Shown here in pieces: positions 11,931 through 23,950 of a stretch of 64,000 nt of DNA (the first letter of the stretch is position 1; every line of letters starts with the position of its first letter). Location of the stretch: the NCBI GenBank assembly GCA_013239625.1, contig MU053881.1, positions 3,598,001 to 3,662,000 of the forward strand, read 5' to 3'. The notes under the pieces were generated by a model. The model was not told where the DNA came from. It made no database searches and was given only the letters and a program-made list of their open reading frames with translations. Origin of the DNA: Lama guanicoe (lineage: Eukaryota). Made by a program: the position numbers and the translations under genes.

Positions 11931-12604
11931 TCGGCCCCCTTCAGCCTTGTCCCCCGTCTCTGATGCCAGAGAAGAACCGTAAAGCATCATAGAGCTTTTC
12001 CCCCTCACCCCTGGCTCCCCTTGTGGTCCTTCCTGCCCAGAAGACCTTCTGGAAGAAGGCGGATGATGAATAAATACACCTAGTCATCTTTCTTCCCAAC
12101 CCTCTGTCCCTCCATCATTCTGAAATCTGCAGACCTGAAATCCCCTGTCAGATCGATGCACACACTGACACTAACTGCAGCCCCAGCCTTGCTTCTCACC
12201 TTAATCCGGACTGTCTGAGTTACAGGAGAATAGAGCAAAAAGAATGAGAGCAGGAAAATCTGGAATTATTTTGGAAATGTTGTCTCAGTTTTTGAATTTG
12301 AAGCATTCTGATAAGCCTGGGTTCTCAGCCTCCTCGCCCCACTGCCCACCCACAACATTTTCTTCTCTAAGCTTAGAACCCCCCACCCAACATTTCACTT
12401 ACTGCGTTCGTTAGGAGAGTCAAGTCCTTCAGGGTGATGTGACACCTTCCCGCACATCCTGTGTCCCAGGTTACGACCGTCTACCTGCTTGTCTGATGAT
12501 TGGCCCATCTCTCCTCATTAGGATGTGAGCTGGTTGAGAGTGAATTCTGGATCTGTCTGTTGACTGCTGTATCCCCGACACAGAGCACAGTGTCTGCTAT
12601 ACAC

Positions 12605-13041
12605 TGTCACTGAGCAGGGCCCTGGGGAGCCTTCTTGAGAGAGACCCCTCCCCATATCCTCTGCTGTAGCTCCCCTCTGAAGTAGCCACATAGTAGTACC
12701 TGGTGAATATTTCCTGAGTTTTTCAGATGCTAAAACCACCAGGGAATGAAAGGAAGAAATTAACTACTTGATGATCATGAGCATGTGGCCCCCAGACTTT
12801 CTGGCGCCTAAGGATTGACCACCATCAACCAATCAGCCAATCACATACCTTGGGACGCCCCTCCTCACCTGGCCTTTAAAAATACTCGTCTGAAACCCTT
12901 CAGGGAGTTTGGGGTTTTTGCGCACAAGCTGCTCATCCTCCTTGCTCAGCCCTGCAATAAACCTCTCTCTGCTCCAAACTCCGACGCTTGGGTTCGTTGG
13001 CCGCACTGTGCGTTGGGCGAACAAACTTGAATTCAGTAACA
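12605..13041 (+). mobile_element. Solo ERV1-type LTR
   Basis: TG...CA ends (TGTCAC/CAGTAACA), two CCAAT boxes (AACCAATCAGCCAATCAC), TTTAAAAA TATA-like box, AATAAA at about 12956; 4-bp flanks ACAC/ATAC. Confidence 0.8.
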
Positions 13042-13328
13042 ATACTAAGTGTTCACAAGTGCATAGCGGTTGTATGCAAGGGTGGGTGCATGGGTGCAAG
13101 AGTGGATGGGTGGGTGGATGGATGGAGACCAGTTTACTCGGGGAAAGAAACTGCCAGATGCGTTTGAGCGATGAGCCCCTGGTTGCAAAGGGGGAACTGT
13201 TTCAGCAGGAGACGAAGTCTCTTTTGCCTCCATACTTTTGTCAAAAGATGAGCTTGGCTGTGGTCTCTTAGTCTGACTGGAGATTCTGGCTCTTGAATTT
13301 GTCTGCTCTTGGGTCTTTGACTTTACAA

Positions 13329-13347
13329 CTCCGCCACCTAGTGGTGA
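13329..13347 (-). promoter_or_regulatory. CTCF core motif
   Basis: Minus strand reads TCACCACTAGGTGGCGGAG, matching CCASYAGRKGGC; binding not demonstrated. Confidence 0.6.
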
Positions 13348-13954
13348 CAGTGTCCATTCCGCCAGGGAAGAGATCTTCAAGGGCTGAGCCTTGTCCAACC
13401 GAGGGAGGACACCCTGCTTTGAGAGAGAGCCCTTCCTGCAGCTGGAACCTCCCCCAACGAGTTTGCACCGAGGGTTCTTCGTCTTCACAGTTATCACATC
13501 TTCCTGGAAGGCGCTTATTAAAATAGGACTATGTCCCTTTAGAAAAACAAACAGGGTCTAGAAAATGATTGTGTTTTAAGTTATCAGTAATTAACACGAG
13601 ACAATAATCTGGGTGTTGACTTTAAGGACTTGTGTACTGAGTGTCCGGTTAGTACCAAGTGGGAATTCTAAGTGTAAGTGCTGAGCATTGCCACCTTAGA
13701 GCAAACTCGGATTAAATAGGCATGTTCTGCATTTGAAAAAAAAAATGCGAGCAGGCTGGTCTTGCTTTGTTGGCCAGGCTGGTGAGCTGCATTGGTCACG
13801 CTGAGAGGTCTGACACCACCATCTCCCTCCATCTTCACACTATCCCACTACATCACCTGTGTGCCGTCTCTGCACCGAGTTGTGGGAGCAGAGAAGATGA
13901 GGCGGGGAGGCGGGATGGAGGAGCTGGGGATGGAGTCAGAGGCACAGCTTATCT

Positions 13955-14150
13955 CTGCAACCTTGGGCAGGTCCCTTAGCTTCCCCTAACTCATTTTCCT
14001 CATCTGGAAAATAAGGACTAAGAGCATCAGATATATGTGTGTTATTATCTCCATTTTACAGCATAGGAAATGACTCAAAGAAGCGAAGTCACTTTCCTGG
14101 AGTTGGACAGGTAGAAAACACCAGAGCCAGTATTCACGCCCTGATCTCCC
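13955..14150. mobile_element. Two opposed MIR fragments
   Basis: CAACCTTGGGCAGGTCCCTTAGC..CTCATCTGGAAAAT (+), then ATTATCTCCATTTTACAGCATAGGAAATGACTC (-). Confidence 0.55.
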
Positions 14151-14879
14151 CAAACCCCTCAGTCCCGCCATCCTGAATGCATGAGGTCATCACGCGAACA
14201 AATGGCTCGAACTTCCTTTTAGAGACAGCATGCCCTTTGTTGCCTGCCTCAGCCCCCGTCCCTGATTCCCAAAGCTCCCCATCCTTCTGTCTCCAAGTCT
14301 AACCTGGTGGTGCTTCTCTATTTAATTGGCATCAGCTCAACAAAAGGTAAAAGAATTTGCTAAATACTCTGAGATCTCCAGATGAAAGGACCTCTTGAAC
14401 ATCGCATATACTTTATTAAGAATCCACGCATCAATGTTGGGGTCTTTTTGGGTTTTGTTTTGGTTTTGCCTTTTTAACTTGCTTGCCAAGCAAAGCTAAA
14501 GCAAGCAACCCTGCTTTTCTTTTTTTTTTTGGATTTCTCATTTGTGAGACCCAAATATTTCAGATCCGATTTATCTTGCCTCCGTTCCTACATTCCATTT
14601 TCTGCTGTTTCTTGCGTTTGCTTGGTTTGCTTACTTGAAGTCTCTCATATTCCATTTTAAGTCATTTTAATCAGTAATGAAATGTGAGGGATGTGCTGTT
14701 TTCCAGCCCAGATGGAAACCCATCTTTTGTAAAGCCATTAGAACGCAAAGTAGAAATAACGTGCAATTAATATTATCTGCTCTCCACACACAAGTTGTAC
14801 GCATGCTCTGTCTGGTACCCATTCTTCAAAAGATGCCTTCTGCCTCCATTGGTTTCTGGGCTTGTTCACTCACTTGTGT

Positions 14880-15500
14880 GGGTATTTATTCTTTCATTCA
14901 TTCATCAAATACTAATTAGGGTCTACCATGTACTTGGCTGTATAGCAGACTCTGGGGACCCAGAGGTAAATAAGACCCAAAAGTGGCACAGAATAGTGTG
15001 AGTTTGAAATCAGACGAATGTAGGCTTTTTCATCTAGGCTCTACCATTTTCCAGCCGTGTGGCCTTATTTAGCAAGTTGCTAAACATCCCAGAGACTTGA
15101 CGTCCTCATCTGTAGAATAGAAGGGGTGAGATGCAAATGGTGTCTGTTGCTGAATGAACAGTAAATATAATGCATCACTTTGGCTGTGCAATTTCAGCCC
15201 AGCCTCTGGCTTCAAAGAGCTCCAATTTAATGGAGGTCACAGACACACAATGTGTATACGTGTATATGCTTTTAGAGGGGGTTGTGCAAAGTGCCGTGAG
15301 TGTATGGACTCGGGCTGGCTAACTCCACTGCGGGGCTGGAGAAGGATTCAGGGAGGAGGAGGTGTCATCCTGAAGGTAAGCTCGCCAGAAAGGAGAAGGG
15401 AGAAGGCATTGAAAGTAGATGTCACGGCATGTGCAAAGGCCCGGCACTGCAGAAACAGGAAGGACGTTCATTGTTACTGCAGAGTATGTGCATGGCAGGA
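14880..15500 (-). mobile_element. L2 fragment with a MIR inserted at about 14990-15130
   Basis: TTCATTCATTCATCAAATACTAATTAGGGTCTACCATGTAC (L2 end); GCTCTACCATTTTCCAGCCGTGTGGCCTT..CTCATCTGTAGAAT (MIR); GTGCAAAGGCCCGG (L2). Confidence 0.5.
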
Positions 15501-15984
15501 ATGGGAGGAGATGGGACGGCGTGGAAGATGAGATAAAGGTGGAAGGGCTTGAATGTCGCACGTAGGAGGCTGCATTGCAGACCAAGGGGAGGAACGTATT
15601 TGGGGCCCTCTCCTCATTCTCTTCACCTCACTCCCAAAACTCTAATGGGGATTCTAATGGAAGTTTTTTTCTCATCAAAGGAGAAAGCAAGACTTGGCAT
15701 AAAGTTGCAAGTTGCAAGGTCACTCCAATTCAAATCAAAAAATATTTATCAAGTTTCCCATTTTCTGTCTCGAACGGCCTTCCTCCTTGACATGAAGTGC
15801 CTTTAACCCATAGACTTTGCATCACATGTTCTAACCATGTAGCATGTGGTACATTCGTGTGATATACAACAATAGAGAATAAAACAGTAATCTCATAATC
15901 TCATACACACCACCCGCTTCATCACATCTTAACATTATGTCGATCGGCTTCAGATTTTTCTTCCAGTGGATGCTGGAGATTACG

Positions 15985-16783
15985 GACACCACCAAACCCT
16001 ACGTATATACTATGGTTTTTCCTATGCATCTACCCCTATGTAAAAGTTTAATTTATGGCTTAGGCAGAGTAAGAGATTAAGAGCAATAACTAATAATAAA
16101 ATAGAACAATTATAACAACATACTGTAATGGAACTTACATGAATGTGGGCTCTCTCTCCCCCACCCCTCTCTCTCTCCATCGCTCTCAAAATAGCTTACT
16201 GTACAAATGTAACGCCTTTTCCATCTTAACCAGCCGATCACACGTTGTGGCCGAAACGTTCGCAGTTTGAGATGCAACAGCAAAACTAACACAAATTTCT
16301 TTTTCCTTCTTCACAGTTCCACGGATGGGAGATGCGTTCTTAACATCGATCTCAGCACAGGATTATTTTTTTTTCTTTTGTTGTTAAGAACTTTTACCTT
16401 TTCACTTAAAGGAAGCACTTGATGGCTTCTCTGTGTCATCTGCAAATTACCAGCATCTCTACTTTTGCACTTTGAGACCATGACTAAGCAAACTAAGGAT
16501 TACTTGAACACAAACCCTGCAGTGTTACAACAGTCTGTCGGATAACCCAGGCGCCTCCTGCGTGACTAATGGGCGGGATACTCTGGACAAACGGATGATT
16601 TGTTCCAGGAAGGGTGGAGTGGGATGGCGCAAGTCTTCATCATGCTACTCAGGGCAGCATGCGATGCAAAACTTTTGAATTGTTTACTTCTAGAAGTTTC
16701 CATTTGGTATTTTCAGACCGCAGGTGACCAGGGGTAACTGAAAGGGTGGAAGCAAAACCACAGATCGGAGTGGGGGCCTGCTG
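15985..16783 (-). mobile_element. MER44/Tigger7-type TcMar DNA transposon
   Basis: Minus strand reads CAGCAGGCCCCCAC..TTTCAGTTACCCCTGGTCACCTGCGGTCTGAAAATA..GTGCTTCCTTTAAGTGAAAAGGTAAAAGTTC, collinear with the recalled MER44 consensus. Confidence 0.8.
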
Positions 16784-16814
16784 CAGATATAGCTCCGACC
16801 TCCAGGGGGCACAC
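16781..16814 (+). promoter_or_regulatory. CTCF core motif with upstream (U) motif
   Basis: CTGCAG at 16781, 18 bp before CCTCCAGGGGGCAC (16799). Confidence 0.55.
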
Positions 16815-17020
16815 AACCTGAGCCTGCGCTCTCCAGGGTCCGGAACTGCCCAGGATTCGGTGTCGATCATTTTGCGGTGTGTATTTACATAGTTACTCAT
16901 TTGTGCATCGATAAGCCACATAGAATCCTGCTTTGCATATCGAAACTATAAAAATAAATTCTAGAAGCACGATTCTTCCGTTTTTTTTAACGACTTTTAA
17001 AAATGTCAACATTTTTCTGC

Positions 17021-17358
17021 CTTTCATTTTTTTTTACATTTTTTTATTGATTCATAATCATTTTACAGTGTTGTGTCAAATTCCAGTGTTCAGCACAATT
17101 TTTCAGACATTCATGGACATATACACACTCATTGTCACATTTTTTTCTCTGTGATTTATCATAACATTTTGTGTATATTTCCCTGTGCTATATACAGTGT
17201 AATCTTGTTTATCTATTCTACAATTTTGAAATCCCAGTCTATCCCTTCCCACCCTCTACCCCCCTGGTAACCACAAGTCTGTATTCTCTGTCCATGAGTC
17301 TATTTCTGTCCTGTATTTATGCTTTGTTTTTGTTTGTTTGTTTGTTTTTGTTTTTTTA
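17021..17358 (-). mobile_element. Young lineage-specific L1 3' end
   Basis: T-run + TTTTACAGTGTTGTGTCAAATTCCAGTG..TTCCCTGTGCTATATACAG..CCCCCTGGTAACCACAAGTCTGTATTCTCTGTC. Confidence 0.8.
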
Positions 17359-17535
17359 AAAAAGTTTTCTATATGCTTTTTTCCCCTCTGCTAATCGAGA
17401 GGCTAGAAACCATATTTCTATTTTTTAATGATTATTCTTGTGTAATTTTTAAATTACACAATTAACTGGTTTCCCTAAACATTGTCAACAATGAATTCGT
17501 ACTCTGGAAGATGGAATGGCCAAGGCAAAGCCTTG

Positions 17536-18090
17536 TGTATTACTCAGGGGTCCCCTCAAGAGACAGGAACCACACAGAAATTTGAAAAGGGGACGTGTAT
17601 CATAAAGTAGTATTAACTATAATTGGGGATTAGAGTAGCGAACGAGAGATTATCTAGAAGATGGTAAAGAGAACTCTATAGAGTATTTGAATCACTGGTG
17701 CAGAGAAAGCAGCCCCTACCCCTGGGGCAGAGATGGGGCACCCAGGGGAGTCACAGCTGGGAGAGGTTCTACCCTTCAGATGTGGGTTCAGACCACCCGA
17801 GAGGGTGCATCTGGATTCACTGGGTGTAGACAAGTCTGCGATGAGCTGCACCTGCAGACTCCCTGGGGATCCACCAGGAGGTGGCGCGCAGGGAACCCAC
17901 CCTCCGGATTGGCAGGGGAGCTGCCACGGGACATGCCGCCAGGAACACTTGCCAAAGACAGAGCTTCTTGTTCTTCTGACATCCTTTGAGTTCTGTCCTC
18001 TGACAAAGCTTAACAAAGCCGGTTGGCAAGGGAGAAGAATTCCAGTATCAGGGCGACGAAGAGTGGGTTTGGAAGAGAAGAGGCAATAGA
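17536..18090. mobile_element. Ancient ERVL/MaLR-class LTR-like element
   Basis: Begins TGTGTATTACTCAGGGGTCCCCTCAAGAGACAGGAACCACAC, similar to termini of old ERVL-class LTRs; family uncertain. Confidence 0.35.
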
Positions 18091-18256
18091 CTGATCTGAT
18101 GCAATAACCTAGCAGAGTTCACCTGATAACACACATGCACACATGCGTGTGCACCGCCCTCCCCAGCACATGTTATTTTTATTTAGAGTTTTAGTTTTAC
18201 CCTTTCAAAAAACACATTGAAAATGATTTTGACATTAACTCAGTTTGCCAAGGTTT

Positions 18257-18790
18257 TGTCGTGGAGCAGGGGCCTTCCCAGGACAGACCCTCCCCATGTC
18301 CTCCGCCTGCCTTTTATCTGTAGGAAAACTTTAGCCAAAGAATAAAATTAATCAGAGGAGTGGGAAAACACAGAAACAAAGGAAAATAACTTAACAAGAC
18401 AAAAGAATAGTTTAGTCTTTAAACAAAGTCAAGGACCGTTCGTTCCACCTCAAGGGCTACAGATAACATTGTGAGCCACGTCTTCTGAGCTGTTTTATAG
18501 ACTCTGAAACCCCCACCAGGTTGACGTTACCCACATTGATGACCAGACTGTAGGCACGACCCTAGCTGCTCCGTCTTACACACTTCCCAGGACGGGCCTC
18601 AGGAAAATGGGAACGAGCCGCCCCCGGAACTGAAGATTAACTGTGCTTACGATAATCAAGGTGATGCTGATCAGACCCCCCGTGTGATCGATTTCAAGAT
18701 CACTGTCAGAGCCGCCTGCGCTGCCATGCACGTAGCCCCCACCATGAACCCCTGACACTCCCCTAAAAAGCTCTTGCCCCCTTACTGGCA
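18257..18790 (+). mobile_element. ERV1-type LTR (3' end missing or obscured)
   Basis: Starts TGTCGTGGAGCAGGGGCCTTCCCAGGACAGACCCTCCCCATGTCCTC, similar to the 5' end of the 12605 LTR; TATA-like CCTAAAAAG at about 18763. Confidence 0.65.
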
Positions 18791-18939
18791 GGTGGAGTTG
18801 GCAACTGGCAAATGCTATCAGAAAGGGCAGTTTTTCCTCCTCAAGCTTCCCTCATCTGTAGACTTCCCCTTGTAGATTTCTGGGGCTCCCCAAATCCTGT
18901 CTAAGCTAATGACTCTCACGTCCACCCACCCCCACCCCT

Positions 18940-19770
18940 TAGTAAGTGTCTCTGGACTTCAGACCCACACCACCGGCTGCCTTTTGGAAATCTCTTTCCA
19001 GATACAGTAGTCTTTCCTGAAGAACAGCTCCGTCTCTCCAGGGCCCGTCTTGGTCCCCCAAGACACACATCCCTGAAGTCAACCTGGTCCCCTCATTCTT
19101 AATGGCTCTTAATGGTCAGCCATGAGGTCCTAATAAGTTCACCTCCTCCGTGGCTTTATCCTAACTCCATCCCCCTATAACTGCCTTGGTCTGGCCCCTC
19201 CTTGGATCTCCTGGGCTTGTTGCAAAGCCCCTTCTCCCCCTCTCCACATCGCTGTACAAATAATTTAGATCATAATGGCTACTCTCCTGCTACAGCCCTC
19301 TGATGACTCACCACGGGCTTTAGAGCGATGGTCAAGTCTTACAACATTCAGAGTTCTTGTGATCCGGGGCCTGCCTGCGCTCCAACCCCACCTCCCAAGA
19401 CCACCCTCCACTAGTGGTGATCCAACAATGGGAAACTAATGCAGACCCCAGACCCACCTCAGTGCGCCGAACCCCTGCGTGCTGACACGGAACTGTCACA
19501 TCTACTGTTCATCTGTTTGTCCTGCAAGACCCAGCTCGGGCATCTCTTTTCTAGTGAATCTTCTCTGAACTGCTGTCCATCCCAGCCCCCAAGGCAGCTC
19601 CACCAGAGCAGCTTGACACTCCCTCTGGAACTCTGCAGACGGGGACCGCGGCACACTCATGCTGTGTGTAACGCCGTGTGTCTGCCGGGGCTCTTGGAGG
19701 CTGGGTCACTGGGTCCCCCAGCACCTAAGAGGACCCCAGAGACAGCTTGATCAGTGAGGAATGAATGAAG
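18940..19770 (+). mobile_element. L2 fragments
   Basis: TCTCTGGACTTCAGACCCAC..CTGCAAGACCCAGCTCGGGCATCTCTTTTCTAGTGAATCTTCTCTGA..GAATGAATGAA terminus. Confidence 0.5.
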
Positions 19771-20099
19771 GTCCACAATCACACATCTAGTGATCGCCAG
19801 GATTTGATGCCTGGCCCAGGGATCTCTCTGCTGAGTGTCCTGGCTCATCACAGGGAAGATGGGAGGCATCCATCCTGACAGCCGGGCGCGCAGCTCCCGA
19901 GCTGCCCAGAGACTCGGCACATGAAGAACTCCATCCGGGAGAGAGAAAGAGAACTCAGAACCTCTGCAGATAAACGCAAGAGAAAACCCTTTCCAGGTTG
20001 ATCCTCAAAGCCTTTGATGTCGTAGAGGTCCCACTGCTGTTGCTTTCCTTTTTTGTTGCTTGTTTTAAATTTAATTTTTACTTTTTTGCACTCAAGCAA

Positions 20100-20245
20100 A
20101 ACTTTATTCTTTCTTTTTAATTGACGTATAGCTGGTTTACAATGTTGTGTTACTTTCTGGCACACAGCATAACGATTCAGTTATCCACATATATGTTCTT
20201 TTTCAGATTCCTTTTCATTATAGGTTATTACAAGGTATTGAATTT
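20100..20245 (-). mobile_element. L1 3' end (lineage-type)
   Basis: TTTTTAATTGACGTATAGCTGGTTTACAATGTTGTGTTACTTTCTGG..ATTATAGGTTATTACAAGGTATTGAAT. Confidence 0.75.
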
Positions 20246-20525
20246 CCCTTTCTTTTTAATTACTGCCTTAAGCTACTGCTCTCTGTACAAGACATTCATC
20301 AAGATGTTTTTCATACAGCCGCCATCTGTTTAAAAAAAGTGCAAGGATCCACTTTATAAGTCCTTGTTGCAGTACTAACAAATAATGTGTGCCATTGAAC
20401 ATATATAATGTTAAAATTATGGGGGGAGTATAAAGAAATGGGAATTGAAATTATAATAGATTCTTTGCTCAGTGCAAAGGGTCATCACATGCGCCACCAC
20501 CTCCCCTGTTAGAACTGCCCACTCA

Positions 20526-20664
20526 GGGGAGGGGACAGCGCAGTGGGAGAGCGTGTGCTTAGCATGCACGAGGTCCTGGGTTCAATCCCCAGTCCCTCCA
20601 TTAAAAATAAATAAATAAATAAATAAACATAATTACCTCCTTCCCTTAAAAAAAACTTTATTTA
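20526..20664 (+). mobile_element. tRNA-Ala-derived SINE (camelid Vic-1-like)
   Basis: Head GTGCTTAGCATGCACGAGGTCCTGGGTTCAATCCCCAG (B box), (TAAA)n, ATAATTACCTCC tail; imperfect TSD AGAACTGCCCA/AAAAGTGCCCA. Confidence 0.9.
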
Positions 20665-23249
20665 AAAAGTGCCCATTTTGCAGGGCACTGGTCCAAAAAA
20701 ACCCAAAACACGAACAAACCCAATCGCTCAGAATTAGGAGTGGGTTTAATCCCCTTCCCCCAACACCACCGCCAGGTCTGCACACCGTGCAGAGCACAGC
20801 CAGGATTAAATCCTTTCTGTGCGTCCTGGAACAAATTGGCTTCACCTCTCTGAGCCTCAGTTTTTCCATCTACAGAATCTTTTCATCACCTTTTCCTAGC
20901 AGGGCTGATGGCAGGACTTGAACACCCGCCACCCCCGCCGGTGCACAGCGTAAGCAGTAACCCGCAGACAGACGTTACAAGAAGTGGTGTCTGGAACGCT
21001 ACGCAGTCATTCAGAGTCATTCACGTGTTTATGAAATGCTCATGATGGGGGCGAAGTGCTGAAGGGCTGTTCATTGAAAACATGCCGATTACAAACTGGC
21101 AGGTAACCCGGGGGAGCCGCAGCTCTGCACGTGGAAGAGGATGCGAATGTCCGAGAAAAATGTTCAAGGTGGGAGAATTGTTTATTCAAGTTTTCCTTTT
21201 TTCCCTGTTAAATAGCTATAGCTAAATTTTTAAGGAAGCCAAAGACAAGGAAGATGATAGAAGGGAGTAGAAATCTAAGGCGCCCTGAGATTCTAAGGGT
21301 GTGGATAGTCCTTCATTCCACACGTCTGTGCTGTGGGCGTGCGTGTGCCGGGGGTGGCCCCGTGGGCTGGGGGCCGAGGGAGCCAGGACACACAAACCCT
21401 CGGAACTGACATCCAGGCTGCAGAGGGACAGAAGCCAACAAGCAGCTTCCAAGTCGCCCTGAGGGCTGGGAGGGAAACCAAACAGGTGATGCAGCAGAGG
21501 GTGCGGCAGGGCTGGCTGTGCTGGGTTGTCTTCGGGGACGTGACACCTGGGCTGAGATCTGAAGGATGAGAAGCAGGCAGCCGAGGAAACCCAGGGGGGC
21601 GCAGAGCCCCCAGGCCGAGGAGCAAGAAGAGGGAAGGAGCCGGTGGGCAGAACCGCCCTCTGCCAACCCCGCCCCCACGTGTCACTCCCCTCAGGCTCCT
21701 AGCAGATTTCCGTGCCCTTGACCTTTCTGCGGACAAGGGCATGGGAAACCAGCATGCCTGCTGGGCCCTCCCTGAGTGCCTGGCCCGTAGCCAGGTTCCT
21801 TGCCAGGTGGCTGAGGCTGACCAGGACCTGAGTGAGCCAAGCAGCCACCCAGTCATCAGCGGCCAAGCTGAACAGTTGGGGTCCAGGATGTCAGAGAGCT
21901 GTACCACTGCCCAGGTGTCCACAGGACTCAGCCCTCCACTCCACGTGGGCCTTGGCTCGCGTGTCTTCTAGTCAGAGAAGATGTTCCTCCCTCCCTCCAC
22001 AGCACCTTGACCACCTGACGCTGCAGGGATTTACCTGCAGATGTGTGTGCCCCTGTCTGGACTGAGAGCTCCGTGGTGCCAGGGCGCATTTGCCCACCGT
22101 CCTCCCTGCTCCTTGGATACCGCCTGGCCCATTGCAGACGCTCCCTAGGTAACATTCACAGCGACTGCCTTCCATGCCTCTCTGTATTCACTGAAAGAGA
22201 AAACAGCAAAAGAAACTTCCTTTTGAAGTAAAAAACAAAATGTGCATCAAATGAGCTGTTTTTTTTAAGGAAAAGGGAAGGGTGTCCATCCTTAGCACGG
22301 GCTACTTCCCTTGGAAAGTCTCCCTCGCCCTCAGAGCGCCTCGGGGAGGCAGCCTGCTTGCCAGCACGTGCCTGATGAGTTTTCAGATACCAGCTGTCCC
22401 TGCACTCCGGGTGGGACGGGTCAGGCTGGTGCTCTGAGGGCTGCGCTCCCACCCAATCCGTCTGACAGCTCCGCACGAGTCACGCACTGTCTTGGGTGCT
22501 GGCGGTCACTGGGATCAGAGAAGAAAATCACACAGTTTTGTCTTTTAAGTTCAAAACCAAGAGATGAAATAAAGCAGAACCATTGCACTGCACACTTGAA
22601 AATCAAATTTTCCAGCCTCCCAGACTACAGAAGCCCCTGCATGGGCTGGAGGCAGGAGGGGGAGCATGAGGATGGTGACTGAGGGGGCGGCAGGGACAAG
22701 GGTGCCCCCTCCACCACCAGGACAAGGTCAGGGGGCCTCATGGAGGCCGGGTCGGGCTGCCCAGGGGCCAGCGTCTGTCTGAGGGAAGATCAGCCATTGC
22801 TCTCACCCAGGACCCTGTCTTCTCCGCCAGGCTGGGGAGGGCCGTTCTCTACCTAAGACTCCCAGGGTGAAGGCTGGGTCTTGAACAGTGGGTGGGGGAA
22901 GGGACAAGAACCCAGGGCCAAGGAGGGGAGAGGAGACAATAAGTTCGAGACCTCCCCGGGGTGGAACTCCCCCCTCCATTATCCCCATTTTGCAGGTCAG
23001 AAAAGCAAGACCCGGCAAAGTTAGTGGTCTGTACAAATGTACAGAAGTGATGGGAAGAGTTTGAACCCAGATCTCTTTGACCTCAGGGTTCCCGGGCTTC
23101 CCGCCTCGCCCAGCGACCTGCATCAGGAGGTGGCACTGGTCAAAATCCATCTCCTCCCAGTTCCAAGTGGCCCTGCTGGCCGTTAATGATTCTTCAGGTG
23201 AACCAAGGAATGAAGGGTTCCCAGAGGGACGGGCCGGTGGTTCTGCAAG

Positions 23250-23268
23250 TGACCACTAGAGGGCACCG
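23250..23268 (+). promoter_or_regulatory. CTCF core motif
   Basis: TGACCACTAGAGGGCACCG. Confidence 0.6.
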
Positions 23269-23705
23269 GCAGTACGCAGACCCGCCTGCCGCCATCCTTC
23301 CAGGTGGGGCTCCTTCTAGCCCAGGCGTCCTGGGGAGCTGAGAGCTTGCTCTTTTCCTGCCTCATTTCTTTATTCCAGTGTCTAGTTCACAGCCCACCAC
23401 CCAGCAGGTGTGAGTAAGATGAGTGGGACTTGCTGGGGAGCAACTGGTGGAAGTTTGAAGCCACCACTGACAAACCGAATGTGAGACTGAAACTTCTGCA
23501 CATCTGGCCCGGGACCACCTCCCTCAATACCAGGTGTTCTTTGACAAGCAGGTTCACGCCAACATCACGGAATCCACAGCGGCACGGGGCCTGGGAATCT
23601 GCACGTATACCAAGTGCAGAGGCTTCTGAAGCGAAACGAACTTTGAGAACCCCTGCATTTCAGCACACAAAGCACGTGACAGCCCACGTCAACCTCACCC
23701 AGTTG

Positions 23706-23760
23706 TAAACCTAATTACCTCCCCCTGCAAAAAAAAAATTTTTTTTAATTACTAAATAAA
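23706..23760 (+). mobile_element. 3' tail fragment of the same SINE family
   Basis: TAAACCTAATTACCTCCCCCTGCAAAAAAAAAA with no tRNA head. Confidence 0.65.
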
Positions 23761-23761
23761 G

Positions 23762-23950
23762 TTAAAATAGAGAAGAAAATGAATTAGAGGGTCAGTCCAG
23801 GAAGACCAACATCTGAATAATAGGAGTTCTAGAAAGAGGTACACTAGAAAATGAAGAGGGGGGAGAGTCATCAAAGAAACAATTTAAAAAATTTCCCCAA
23901 ACTGGGAAAAAAAACAAAAGAACTAGAACAAAAGACACGAAATCTCCAGG
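23762..23950 (+). mobile_element. HAL1/L1 ORF1-like fragment
   Basis: TCCAGGAAGACCAACATCTGAATAATAGGAGTTCTAGAAAGAG encodes a degenerate R-x-N-I-x-I-I-G-V-x-E ORF1p motif. Confidence 0.55.

Noticed and set aside
17870..17890. Additional CTCF-like words (CCAGGAGGTGGCGC; also about 897 and 23124)
   Set aside because: Each has mismatches or a missing base at informative core positions; too weak to call by eye.
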